64,000 bases of DNA, from positions 10,563-74,562 of the IMG/VR virus record IMGVR_UViG_3300050821_013910, one strand, 5' to 3'. Of this stretch, positions 1 through 9,187 are shown piece by piece (the first letter of the stretch is position 1; every line of letters starts with the position of its first letter). Under the pieces are notes generated by a model. That model was not told the DNA's origin. It did not search any database and was given only the letters and a program-made list of their open reading frames with translations. The translations under genes were made by a program, and so were the position numbers. This stretch comes from a virus.

Positions 1-351
1 GCCGCCCCGCCCTCCCCCGAACTGGCCGAGGCGGAGATGGCTCGTCTCCTCGCCGAAGCAGCCGAGGCCGAGCAGGCGGCAGCACAGGTGGCCGAGGACC
101 AGCGCTACCAGAGGCAGCAGGCGGTGCAGGCCCAGGTTGAACCCCCCGCCGACCCCGCCGAACCTGAACCTGCCGCCGCCCAGCCCCGCCGCCGCCGCGA
201 ACCCCGTACCCTCGCCGTCGGCGGCCGGCCCTGCGGCCGCTGCGCCGGCGCCGGCCATATCGTCGGAGACTCCGGGTTCGCCGGGGCCTGCCCGGTCTGT
301 GGGGGCGAGGGTCAGGTCAAGGCGTGGGACCGGTCGTTGAAGGTCAGGTAG
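1..351 (+). CDS. DnaJ-type zinc-finger protein (probably 5'-truncated by the window edge)
   Basis: Frame open from base 1; two CxxCxGxG motifs (CGRCAGAG, CPVCGGEG). Confidence 0.6.
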   Translation, partial: AAPPSPELAEAEMARLLAEAAEAEQAAAQVAEDQRYQRQQAVQAQVEPPADPAEPEPAAAQPRRRREPRTLAVGGRPCGRCAGAGHIVGDSGFAGACPVCGGEGQVKAWDRSLKVR

Positions 352-397
352 GGAGAGGGGCGTTGGCGCTGGCACTTGAGTACCTGAAGGGGATGAA

Positions 398-703
398 ATG
401 CTTTGGCTTGATTTCTTGATCTTTGGCAACGGCAGGGGAATGAAATCTCCCTACTCCGATGATGTGTTCTATTGGCTCAATAGACGCCTATACACATGGA
501 TTGGAGGCTTCGGAGCGCAACTGCGGAGTTTCGAGTGGTTCGCTCCAAAAGCAGGCACTCGGCGACGTCTGGCTGGTAAAGAGTTTGTTGTATTCAGCGT
601 GAGCCGTCGCTGGCTGCGGGTCGATGTATCATGGGCGATTTGTCAGCATCAACCCATCACCATCGAAGAGTTGCGCGAGCTTGAAAGTAGTCTCGGAAAC
701 TAA
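398..703 (+). CDS. hypothetical protein
   Basis: 101-aa ORF with AAGGGG SD; lower GC than neighbours. Confidence 0.55.
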   Translation: MLWLDFLIFGNGRGMKSPYSDDVFYWLNRRLYTWIGGFGAQLRSFEWFAPKAGTRRRLAGKEFVVFSVSRRWLRVDVSWAICQHQPITIEELRELESSLGN

Positions 704-777
704 CCTAGTAATAGGAACCGTGATCGGGACTAGAGTGCTGCTATGATTGCAACCAACTAACCAGAGAGGAGGCACCA

Positions 778-1032
778 ATGGACCCAATCCGAGACAAGTG
801 GCTGGAATCCTCCCCGCTCGACACCCTTGGCGCGTCCTTCCTCCCTGCCAACTCGCTCGCCTTCATTCATGTCGTCACCCGGCCTATCGTCCTCGCTCCC
901 GGCCAGTCCCTCGACGACTTGATCCTCGAACAGCAACTGGCTCAGGGGATCGACTGGGAGGCCACGGCAAGGCACTCGGCTGTCTTGACCAACTTGGCAC
1001 CGCCGGAGTCGTCGGAGAAGGAGTCCCGCTGA
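778..1032 (+). CDS. hypothetical protein
   Basis: AGGAGG SD; TGATG coupling to next gene; TATGAT -10-like box at 742. Confidence 0.7.
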   Translation: MDPIRDKWLESSPLDTLGASFLPANSLAFIHVVTRPIVLAPGQSLDDLILEQQLAQGIDWEATARHSAVLTNLAPPESSEKESR

Positions 1033-1325
1033 TGGAGTGGATCAAAGAGCGCGTGCTGGAATTCTCTGAGGAAGGTTCCACCAAGCGAATCCACTGCCGG
1101 TTCCGTTCCGATGGGCGCATGTTCTATCAGCAGCTTTCGGATTATCGACACACCCTCCCCTTTGAGAATCAACGAGACAGATTGGAGAGCCACTTCGCCC
1201 GGTTCATCGACGAGCCTCCAAGCACGGAGCAATACACCCTCGCCGACTTCGATCAGGACTTCGAGGAGCGGCTGGGATTGATGAAGGCCAAGGAAGTGTT
1301 TCCGGCGGAGGAGGCGGCTGCCTGA
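1032..1325 (+). CDS. hypothetical protein
   Basis: ATG 1032 overlaps previous stop; AAGGAG SD; coupled to next gene. Confidence 0.7.
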   Translation: MEWIKERVLEFSEEGSTKRIHCRFRSDGRMFYQQLSDYRHTLPFENQRDRLESHFARFIDEPPSTEQYTLADFDQDFEERLGLMKAKEVFPAEEAAA

Positions 1326-1885
1326 TGGCGATCTTGCCCGACAGCGCGTTGCCTCTGTGCTCGAATCCTCAGCACCCAGCGGGTATGCCTCGCAAGATGA
1401 TCTACCTCCAAACCAAGGACTACGCCCACGTGTTCGGCTGTCAGGCCTGCCGCGACGTCAACCATAAGCTATCGGTCCGCGTGATGACTGACTCGTTCTA
1501 CCGCCGCGAGGTCCGCAAGCAACTGGCCGCCGAGGGTCGCCTCCTGACCGCCCCCCCTCCCCAGCGCCCGGTCCAGCTCTACGGTCAGACGGCTCAACAG
1601 TCGATCGGCTGGGACCCGGCCGCCCGTCGCAGCAAGGACGGCAAGTTTGAACTGGTCGAGTACAAGGAATTGGGCAACGGCGATGTCCGCATTCAGATGG
1701 CGATTAACGGCAAGCTCTGCCCCCAGATGGATGATCATATTGCCTCCCGAGAAGAGTTCCGGTCGGAGGAGGAATATTGGATTAGGGTGGCCAGAGGGAG
1801 CGAGTTGATGTTGCATCTCTATGGCGATCCCCGCGCCCCTCTGACCCCCGAAGAATCGAAGCAGCGCGAACAGGAGATGTACTGA
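1325..1885 (+). CDS. hypothetical protein with putative Zn-binding residues
   Basis: GGAGG SD; CSNPQH and CQAC motifs. Confidence 0.7.
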   Translation: MAILPDSALPLCSNPQHPAGMPRKMIYLQTKDYAHVFGCQACRDVNHKLSVRVMTDSFYRREVRKQLAAEGRLLTAPPPQRPVQLYGQTAQQSIGWDPAARRSKDGKFELVEYKELGNGDVRIQMAINGKLCPQMDDHIASREEFRSEEEYWIRVARGSELMLHLYGDPRAPLTPEESKQREQEMY

Positions 1886-1886
1886 G

Positions 1887-2066
1887 ATGATCCGCTCGAC
1901 CTACACCTACGCGATCCTCGAAGTCAGCCATGCTGCTTACTCCGAGATCAAAGCCAAACTGGAGCAGGCTGGCTACTCCGACCAGTTCCATGACGACCGC
2001 GATGGCGACGGGGTTGTTATCGACATGCACGGAATCGCCCTCAAGGATGAAGGAGAATCACATTGA
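1887..2066 (+). CDS. small hypothetical protein (59 aa, not in ORF track)
   Basis: AGGAG SD; MIRSTYTYAILEVSHAAYSEIKAKLEQAGY...; fills the gap between coupled genes. Confidence 0.65.
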   Translation: MIRSTYTYAILEVSHAAYSEIKAKLEQAGYSDQFHDDRDGDGVVIDMHGIALKDEGESH

Positions 2067-2602
2067 GCAAATTGGCAGCAGTTCGCACCGGTCAACCAGC
2101 GCAGGGTATCGGAGCCGTTCCTGATGGCAACCCTCCTTCCTTCCCCCTCCCCCCTCCCGCCCTCGACGACGGTGACCCTCCCTCGATCAACCCTCGCTCC
2201 TACGCATCCGCCCCCCAAGCCGCGATGGCTGCCTCTTGGCTCTCGCTTAGGGCGACTGAACTGGAGGTCCGAAAATATTTCAAGTCCATCCCTGTGCCGA
2301 GCGGGCTGGAAATGTTGGCGAAAATGAGAAGGCAGTGCGACATGGCCGCCGAGACCCTCCAGCAGCGCATGGACGATGGCAATATAGAACGTTGTTCAGG
2401 TTGTGGAAAAACGCTCGAAGAAGCTCATAAGTCGGGATGGTTGATGATGGGTTCGGATGTAGACTCTGCTACTGGTGTTCCTATGCCCTATCGCTACTGC
2501 GGTCCCCAGTGTATTCGGGAACGGAACCGCGAGAAGATGCTCCCTCCCGAGTTACGTGACAAGAAACGTTTCGACGGCGAGGATATGGGAGACATTCGCT
2601 GA
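2063..2602 (+). CDS. hypothetical protein, C-terminal zinc finger
   Basis: TTG start with AAGGAG SD; CSGC...YCGPQC. Confidence 0.65.
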   Translation: MSKLAAVRTGQPAQGIGAVPDGNPPSFPLPPPALDDGDPPSINPRSYASAPQAAMAASWLSLRATELEVRKYFKSIPVPSGLEMLAKMRRQCDMAAETLQQRMDDGNIERCSGCGKTLEEAHKSGWLMMGSDVDSATGVPMPYRYCGPQCIRERNREKMLPPELRDKKRFDGEDMGDIR

Positions 2603-2850
2603 TGGCAGACTCTATCAAGGAACCTGCTCGTGACTCCTCCCTTACCATAACCGACTGCATGATGCGCGCCATGTCGGACTTTGGTGAGAAGGACTATGTG
2701 CGCTGCGTGGTTATCGCCATGAATGACGATGGCTCCGAACGTTCGCTTTACTCCAACGCTCGCTCCGAACCGGAAATGTTCGGCATGATCGAGATGGCGC
2801 GAGAAGGGTTCACCGATAACATCATCGACGACGAGGAGGCCGACCAGTGA
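2602..2850 (+). CDS. hypothetical protein
   Basis: Overlapping start/stop with both neighbours. Confidence 0.65.
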   Translation: MADSIKEPARDSSLTITDCMMRAMSDFGEKDYVRCVVIAMNDDGSERSLYSNARSEPEMFGMIEMAREGFTDNIIDDEEADQ

Positions 2851-3161
2851 GCCTCAAGTACGAATCCATCCTCCGCGACTCCATCTCCAAGCTCTCCCTC
2901 GGCCCTCGTGACCTCGTCATCGTCACCTCCCCCGAGGCCATGTCCACCTTCGTCGAGATGACTCAGGCCGGAGTGGGGTTCTCGGAGTACGCTAATCCTG
3001 TCCTCTACGTGCCGGGAGGCCTCGAAAAAGCCACCCGCGAGGACCTCCTCGACGCGCTGCGCATCCTCGACGAGCAGGCGGCGACCAGCGGGGGGAAGGC
3101 TGAGGAGCAGGTCTCGCGGATCATCACCGACCTCCACGCCCCGATCAGGAAGGTGCAGTAA
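2847..3161 (+). CDS. hypothetical protein
   Basis: GAGGAGG SD, GTGA overlap, high GC3. Confidence 0.7.
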   Translation: MSLKYESILRDSISKLSLGPRDLVIVTSPEAMSTFVEMTQAGVGFSEYANPVLYVPGGLEKATREDLLDALRILDEQAATSGGKAEEQVSRIITDLHAPIRKVQ

Positions 3162-3463
3162 TGGCCAACCAATCCCCGATTCACCGTCCGCTGGACGACG
3201 CCGATCCGCCAGCCAGTCTGCCCCCCGCCGCCCCACCTCCCCCTCCTGCCTCCCTCATCGCGCGCCGCGCCGCCCTCGACCAGCGCCCTCTCCACCATCG
3301 GCCCTTCTCGCTCGGCCCAGGCGGCGCCTCCTCCCTCTTCTCCCGCGCCGTCGAGCGCGCCCTGGTCGAGGAGATGGCGGGACAGCTCCGCGGCCAGGTG
3401 ATCAGCGAGGGCACGGAGATCGGCAAGTGGGCCGCGGACATCATCGCGGCGTTCAAGGAGTAA
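3161..3463 (+). CDS. hypothetical proline-rich protein
   Basis: TAATG overlap, high GC3. Confidence 0.6.
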   Translation: MANQSPIHRPLDDADPPASLPPAAPPPPPASLIARRAALDQRPLHHRPFSLGPGGASSLFSRAVERALVEEMAGQLRGQVISEGTEIGKWAADIIAAFKE

Positions 3464-3465
3464 GC

Positions 3466-3969
3466 GTGCTCTACTTCATCGATACCGAATTCAGCGAGAG
3501 GGGTCCCGAATACCCCCTCCTCCTGATTAGCCTCGCCTTAGTCGCCGAGGACGGGCGCGAGTTCTACGCCATCCATTCCGAGGTCTCTCCCGACGACTGC
3601 AACGACTGGGTACGTGCCAATGTCCTGCCCCATCTCGACCTGAACGACGGCTGGGACCGGCGCTGCGCATTGGACGAGATGGCTACGCAGGTCGAGTTAT
3701 TCTGTGATCCGGAGAGATATGGCAAACCGAAATTCGTTGGCTACTACTCGGACTACGACTGGGTTGTGTTCGCGCAGATATTCGGGACCATGATGGACCT
3801 TCCCAAAGGCTTTCCGATGTACTGCTTAGACATCAAGCAGTGGTGCGACCAGCTCGGCAATCCCACTCTCCCCAAGCAGACCACCACCGAGCACAACGCC
3901 CTCCATGACGCGCGCTGGAACAAGCAGGCGTGGGAGTTCCTGTCCGCGCGAGAGAAGGGAGAACGCTGA
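3466..3969 (+). CDS. DEDDh 3'-5' exoribonuclease, RNase AS/Rv2179c-like
   Basis: YFIDTEF, LISLALVAEDGREFYA, YYSDYDWV and HNALHDA motifs; GTG after AAGGAG. Confidence 0.85.
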   Translation: MLYFIDTEFSERGPEYPLLLISLALVAEDGREFYAIHSEVSPDDCNDWVRANVLPHLDLNDGWDRRCALDEMATQVELFCDPERYGKPKFVGYYSDYDWVVFAQIFGTMMDLPKGFPMYCLDIKQWCDQLGNPTLPKQTTTEHNALHDARWNKQAWEFLSAREKGER

Positions 3970-4259
3970 TGGATTCCGTCTCTCCCGTCCTCACCGACCT
4001 CGAAATCCCCTCCGAGCAGGTCGTCGCCCTCGGTCAGACCGCCCTCTACTACCCAATCATCGTCGCTCGCATCCGCTTCTCCGACGACTCCCCCTGCTCC
4101 CTGACCCGGTTCCGATTCAGCGACAAGGAACGCGACCTGCTCGCCGCCGGGGCTGACTTGATCCTCGGCCAGCCCCACCACGGCATGATGATGCCGGTCT
4201 CGCTGCAACTGGCGATGCCTGGAGAATATCCGTTGCCCGAGCCTGAGCCTGCGAAATGA
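3969..4259 (+). CDS. hypothetical protein
   Basis: TGATG coupling, GGAG SD. Confidence 0.65.
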   Translation: MDSVSPVLTDLEIPSEQVVALGQTALYYPIIVARIRFSDDSPCSLTRFRFSDKERDLLAAGADLILGQPHHGMMMPVSLQLAMPGEYPLPEPEPAK

Positions 4260-4348
4260 CTGGAATGGAAATGGTCTGGGAGGGTTATACTAGGGGGGTC
4301 AGGGAGTTAGCGCTCCCGGCAAGCCTAATCGTTCTCGGAGGAACGACC

Positions 4349-5071
4349 ATGACCCCACTATCAAGGTACTACAAGGACTACACAGGCAAAAGGTTCGGCC
4401 TGTGGACCGTGCTTTCTTTTCACGAGCGCACCAAACATACTACGGTGTGGCTGTGCAGGTGCGATTGCGGAACCGTGAAGCCGGTAAGCCGCAAATACCT
4501 GCAAGAAGGAATAAGCGAGTCGTGCGGCTGTTCATATATCCGCAAGGGTTGGATCAAGGGTCTACTAGGCTACATTCCTCTGACCAAAGGACAGGTAGCG
4601 TATGTCAGCGCATATCGAGTAGAAGACCTGCAACGGTGGAATTGACACGCCGTGAAGAAAGCTTCTGGGTGGTATGCCTGTCGGCACGGTATCCCCGGCC
4701 AAGACACCGAGAGGCGTATATACATGGCTCGCTATATCCTTGGAATGGACCCTTCAGATAAGCGGCACGCCGATCACAAAAATCGCCGGACGCTCGACAA
4801 TCGGGATCGCAATCTTCGCCCTGCTACTCGTCGTCAGAGTGTAGTAAACAGAGGGGTGCGCAAGGACAGCGCAACTGGAGTCAAGGGTGTCCGCCGCTGC
4901 AAGGCGAATGGTGTTTATGTGGGAAGATATCAGGCGCGAATAATATATAAGTATAAGGAAATCTACTTAGGGACTTACGATACTCTGGAAGAGGCAAGCC
5001 GGGTGTATATGGAGGCTGCTCGAAGGTTGTTTGGAAAGTTCGCCACGACTGGTCGAAAGAAGAGGAAATAA
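4349..5071 (+). pseudogene. HNH-AP2 homing endonuclease with in-frame TGA at 4643-4645
   Basis: GKRFG..WLCRCDCG N-domain, IPLTKG, DHKNRRTLDNRDRNL HNH motif, AP2 tail (IYLGTYDTLEEA); both halves in the same frame. Confidence 0.8.
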
Positions 5072-5073
5072 CT

Positions 5074-6882
5074 ACGCCCCTTAATCTCCATCACGTTGAA
5101 CGCTTCTTTTCCCGGCTCAACATCCGCGACCGCGACGACGGAACTCTTCACCCATTCATTCTTCGTGAGCAGCAGCAACAGGTCTTAGAACAATTCAAGG
5201 GTCATCTTGCTCGCCGCCGCCGTCTCTTTGGCGTGTTCCTCAAAGCTAGGCGCATTGGACTATCTACTCTCGCTACCGGTCTGGGTCAAGCGCACTGCAT
5301 TGCCCATCCCGGATCACTCGCTCGCTGTATCGCGCAGAACGCTGAGGTGGCGGCGGCTAACTTTGCGATGGCCTGTAGCTTTCGTGAAGATTGTAAAGAC
5401 CTCTATTCAGGCGCTCCGAAACCAACTAAGAAGACACTAATATGGCCGCATAGTGATGGCCCCGATTCTCAATTTACTCACCATACCGCTGCTACCGTGC
5501 ATGGTCAGCGCGGACTTACTTCCTCGTTCCTCCACCTCACGGAAGCAGGGTTCTATCCCTATTCGGGCGCCTTCACGTCATTACTTAATACACTTTCAAA
5601 AGACCCCAACAACGCGGTCATCATTGAAACGACCGCGAATGGTATGGAAGGACCGGGTGAGGCTTATTATCAGTGTTGGGAGGCAGCCGTAGCCGGGGAC
5701 AATGAGTTTCTTCCCATCTTCTTACCATGGTGGGATGACCCCGCTTATAACCTCCCCGAAGAGTTCGCCCTTGATGCTCCCCGCGACGAGTACGAGAAGT
5801 ATTTGATGAATGATGTTAAGCATTGGAAAACCGGCAAGAAGGTGGAGATAACTAAGAGCCAGATAGCTTGGTTCAGGGAGACTCTCTCTGCCAAGTGTGA
5901 GGGGATCATTGAGAAATGGAGGCAAGAGTACCCGGCCACTCCAGAAGAGGCTTTTGTAGCGACGGGTAACCCCGCTTTCACCATAGAAGAAATGCAATTC
6001 GCCGAGAACTCGATCGTTAAAATCCCCTGGCAAGGCCGTTGCGTCCTGACCCTCGACCAAAAACACGGCGAACTCCAAAAGGGAACCGACGGGCCGCTGG
6101 TCCTCTACGAGACTCCCCAGAAGGGCGCTCACTATTTCGCGGGGGTGGACTCAGCCCGCGGAGAAGAATCCACCATGGCCCCCGGAGACTACGCGGCTAT
6201 GGTCTGCTTCAATGCCGAAACGGGTGACTTGGCGGCAAGATATATGTCTCGTGTGTCCCCTGAGGAACTGGCCTCCGTCGCTGCCGCACTCGGTTACTAC
6301 TTCAACGGGGCGATGCTGAACGTCGAACTCAACAACATCGGCTACGTGACCATGAAACAACTGCGCGACGTTTACTACTACCCCAACCAGTATCTCTGGA
6401 AGGGTCGCGATGACCGGGCCGACAAGTCCAAACAGGGGATGGCCTACGGATTCGAGACCAGCGACCGTTACCGCCGCATGATGTTCTCGCTATTCCGCAC
6501 GGCCATCCACAGCAAGCGGGTCGTCCCCAAGGATCGCGTGCTGGTCTCACAAATGAAGAAAGCCAAGCTGGAAATGAACTGGCGCTGGAACGTTGCCGTC
6601 GGACATGACGACGTGCTGATGGCGGCGCTACTTTCGTGGATCGCTGTCGAGCAATACCACAGTGCTCCCTGTCAGCATCGCTCTCCCAAGAACGTGCTGA
6701 TGACCAAGGATGAGTTAGAGAATGCTGGATTCTCTCCTACTCGCGGCCAGATGCCAGAGTGGACCAAGGACCCAACTGTCACCGGCATGGGAGCGCTCCT
6801 GACCACCGGCAATGACCATCTCAAGAAGCTCGAACTCTACAACAAGGCCAAGCAGAAGGTCAATCGGTTGCAATGGATCTAG
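5074..6882 (+). CDS. terL: terminase large subunit (probable ACG start; first canonical start is GTG 5233)
   Basis: LKARRIGLST Walker A, LHLTE Walker B, ETTANG coupling motif, RQEYP, AGVD, VELNN, HDD nuclease motifs; open frame extends upstream through LNIRDRDDGTLHPFILREQQ. Confidence 0.9.
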   Translation, partial: TPLNLHHVERFFSRLNIRDRDDGTLHPFILREQQQQVLEQFKGHLARRRRLFGVFLKARRIGLSTLATGLGQAHCIAHPGSLARCIAQNAEVAAANFAMACSFREDCKDLYSGAPKPTKKTLIWPHSDGPDSQFTHHTAATVHGQRGLTSSFLHLTEAGFYPYSGAFTSLLNTLSKDPNNAVIIETTANGMEGPGEAYYQCWEAAVAGDNEFLPIFLPWWDDPAYNLPEEFALDAPRDEYEKYLMNDVKHWKTGKKVEITKSQIAWFRETLSAKCEGIIEKWRQEYPATPEEAFVATGNPAFTIEEMQFAENSIVKIPWQGRCVLTLDQKHGELQKGTDGPLVLYETPQKGAHYFAGVDSARGEESTMAPGDYAAMVCFNAETGDLAARYMSRVSPEELASVAAALGYYFNGAMLNVELNNIGYVTMKQLRDVYYYPNQYLWKGRDDRADKSKQGMAYGFETSDRYRRMMFSLFRTAIHSKRVVPKDRVLVSQMKKAKLEMNWRWNVAVGHDDVLMAALLSWIAVEQYHSAPCQHRSPKNVLMTKDELENAGFSPTRGQMPEWTKDPTVTGMGALLTTGNDHLKKLELYNKAKQKVNRLQWI

Positions 6883-6900
6883 GGAGGAGGAGGAGTCAGT

Positions 6901-7203
6901 ATGTTGAAGAGTGCAGCACGTTCTCATCCAAAGGGTCCTGCTCCGACCCATACCGACGCCGAGTACCTCGCCTTCGATCCCGGTGCAGGCGACGACTTCC
7001 CCGCCGAGGTCGAATGTCGCAAGACCGCTCTGGTGGTAACTCGGAAGGAACATACTTGCTTCGGCTGGAAGGGGGACATGCAGCATAAAATCCCGCCCGG
7101 CACCCGAGTCTATCGCGAGTCTGGAAAGTGCGAAGGCCACTTCGGCACGGTCTATATGTGCCTGCCTTGCGTGGATATTTCACTGGAACCGGAGTGGTGG
7201 TAG
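6901..7203 (+). CDS. hypothetical protein, possible Zn-binding
   Basis: Strong GGAGGAGG SD; HTC...CLPC. Confidence 0.65.
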   Translation: MLKSAARSHPKGPAPTHTDAEYLAFDPGAGDDFPAEVECRKTALVVTRKEHTCFGWKGDMQHKIPPGTRVYRESGKCEGHFGTVYMCLPCVDISLEPEWW

Positions 7204-7225
7204 GAGGTGAGCGAGGTGATTCAAG

Positions 7226-8181
7226 ATGATCGAGCAGGATTACAACAAGCTAACTCTAACCTTTCCTTCCAAGGAGGCGGCGACTCAGGCCAAGCAGTGG
7301 ATAGAGGTAGCCGTCCTGCCGTGGCTGGCGATGGTAAGCCAGCCCGCATCCGTAACCTTCGGGCCACCTTCCGAGCCGTCCCCCGCGATGGAGCCAGCGC
7401 AGGCGACGGAACCAATTCGCTCCCACCACGTAGTCCTGACCGACGAGCGGCTGGACCAGCTCTACCAGCAGCGCCAGTCGGGCCAGACCTCCCGCCAGCG
7501 CCTCCTGCGCGCCCAGGCCACCCTGCGCGACGGGGTTCTCCCGTTCAGCCGACCGGGAGCGGAACCACCACCGCCGTCGGGTCAGGAGTCGCCCAGGATG
7601 CGGGCGGAGCGGGAGGGAGGGTTCGCGGACGGCGAGGCTCCTCAACCAAGCGCAAGAAAGGGAAGCCGACTACGGCCAGCACCACCAGCGCCGACCCCAA
7701 GCTCCCCCCGGCCATAGCCAAGCTGGTACCGAAGGATACACAGACCCCTCCTACCACTCCCCGGTTGGTCCCGACTGAGGCGGAGAGGTCCGACGCTCGC
7801 CGCCTCTTCCGCGAGATCGGCCAGCGCTTCAACGAGAACCGGAAGAGGAGTAAGACCGCCGCCTATGCCGCCTTCCGCCACGACCTGATGGACAACCTCG
7901 ATACCTTGATCATGGGAGGTGCGCTGGACCTGAAAGAGGCCACCGCGATCGTGACTAACTTAGAGAGCTACACCCGCGAAACCGAAGCCGAATCGACCGA
8001 GACCCCAGCCACCATCCTCGGGCGCTGGTTGCGGATGGCGCCGGGGGAGGTGGGGGAACTGGAGCGGGGCGGGGCGGAGGGGGAGGTGTCAGGACTGATG
8101 GATGCAAACGAACAGCCGGAGGACGCGCCAGAGGATGAAGGGGAAAACGAGGAGCCTGTCGACGCCGACCAGCCTGCGTAG
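7226..8181 (+). CDS. hypothetical protein split over two frames (7226..7717 and about 7645..8181); possible -1 frameshift; TerS-like role unproven
   Basis: GAGGTGA SD before ATG 7226; GC3 bias switches frame near 7640-7665. Confidence 0.5.
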
Positions 8182-8189
8182 TCCCTCGC

Positions 8190-8237
8190 CACTGTTATGC
8201 CTCCCCGACGCCCTCCCCCTCCCACCTCCACTATCCT
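8190..8237 (+). promoter_or_regulatory. candidate late promoter (TGTTAT box + pyrimidine tract + TATCCT -10)
   Basis: Same architecture recurs at 12460-12507 and 20863-20931. Confidence 0.45.
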
Positions 8238-8276
8238 TCCAGCAGAACCCGTCCGCGTCCACAGGGAGGCACCCTC

Positions 8277-8471
8277 TTGTCCGACACCCCCCGCGCGAAA
8301 TACCAGTCCGGCGCCCCCTCCGAGTTCTCCTTCTCTCTGCCTCAGAACTCGCGTAAGGAGTACAACTCCCCGGCGGCCCGGCCCTCTGGTCGGTCCGGCG
8401 GTGGTCCCGCCGTCTCCACCCCCCATCGTGTGTCCGCCTCCCGCCGCCATCGCAAGGGAGCGCGCGCATGA
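8277..8471 (+). CDS. small protein with basic C-terminus
   Basis: TTG with GGGAGG SD; ends SASRRHRKGARA; overlaps next ATG. Confidence 0.55.
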   Translation: MSDTPRAKYQSGAPSEFSFSLPQNSRKEYNSPAARPSGRSGGGPAVSTPHRVSASRRHRKGARA

Positions 8472-8794
8472 TGGACGACCCTGAAGTAACGATCGAACCC
8501 GCCGACAACGGCTACATCGTCCGGCACTACGAGCGATCCACCAAGAAGGACGAAGGGGGCCGGACGATCCGGCGCGTGGCCTCCTCCGCCGACGAAGCCT
8601 TAGAGCATGCAGGCAAGGTGCTCGGAGGCGCTGGCAGGATGGGCAAGAAGAGGACCTCTCGCGGCGGTGGTGGTGGCGATGGCGAGTCCGAACCAGCCTC
8701 TCCCTCTACCCTTGCCGGGCACTCCCTCCACTCCTCCTCCTCGCGCGCCCGTTCCGCCCGCCGCCGCCGTCCCCGGATCGGAGGCCGCCGGTGA
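8468..8794 (+). CDS. small protein with Arg-rich tail
   Basis: VTIEPADNGYIV core; tail RARSARRRRPRIGGRR. Confidence 0.7.
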   Translation: MMDDPEVTIEPADNGYIVRHYERSTKKDEGGRTIRRVASSADEALEHAGKVLGGAGRMGKKRTSRGGGGGDGESEPASPSTLAGHSLHSSSSRARSARRRRPRIGGRR

Positions 8795-8943
8795 AACAGT
8801 CCGAGTCTCGCGGCTGCGGCATGATGGAAAAAGACGAGTCTGCGTCCTACGAGGCGAAGTCGCACCCGGTCTCGTTCCTTCGTAAAGCGGTCAGGTTGGC
8901 TGAGAAGAAATCCTCGAAGCGATCAGCTAGGAAACGAGGGTGA
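8791..8943 (+). CDS. small basic protein (50 aa, not in ORF track)
   Basis: GGAGG SD, GTGA overlap; ends KKSSKRSARKRG. Confidence 0.6.
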   Translation: MKQSESRGCGMMEKDESASYEAKSHPVSFLRKAVRLAEKKSSKRSARKRG

Positions 8944-8946
8944 CAG

Positions 8947-9132
8947 ATGCCGGTCGAGCATTTCAAATCCAAAGTTGCCGAGATGCGCAACCTTGCCTAC
9001 CGTCACATCCACTCGATCCCCTACACCGCCACTTCCGCCGTCGTCGCCGGCCATTCCCACAAGGTCAAGCACTCCGGTAATCCCCGCCGCAAGCGGATCA
9101 ACGCTCGCCAGCGCGCTCGCAAAAGGAGTTAG
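8947..9132 (+). CDS. small basic protein (61 aa)
   Basis: GAGGGTGA SD; ends RRKRINARQRARKRS. Confidence 0.6.
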   Translation: MPVEHFKSKVAEMRNLAYRHIHSIPYTATSAVVAGHSHKVKHSGNPRRKRINARQRARKRS

Positions 9133-9187
9133 TGCTACGATGGGAGGAAATCGGATGGGCAGGGTCATCGTCTAGGGGAGCAAGCCA

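Noticed and set aside
4643-4645. Genome-wide TGA-to-Trp recoding
   Set aside because: Many genes end in TGA overlapping the next start (TGATG, ATGA, GTGA), so TGA is a functional stop.
4256-5073. Group I intron carrying the HNH gene and splitting terL
   Set aside because: No upstream terL exon or intron core is evident, and almost no non-coding sequence surrounds the HNH ORF.
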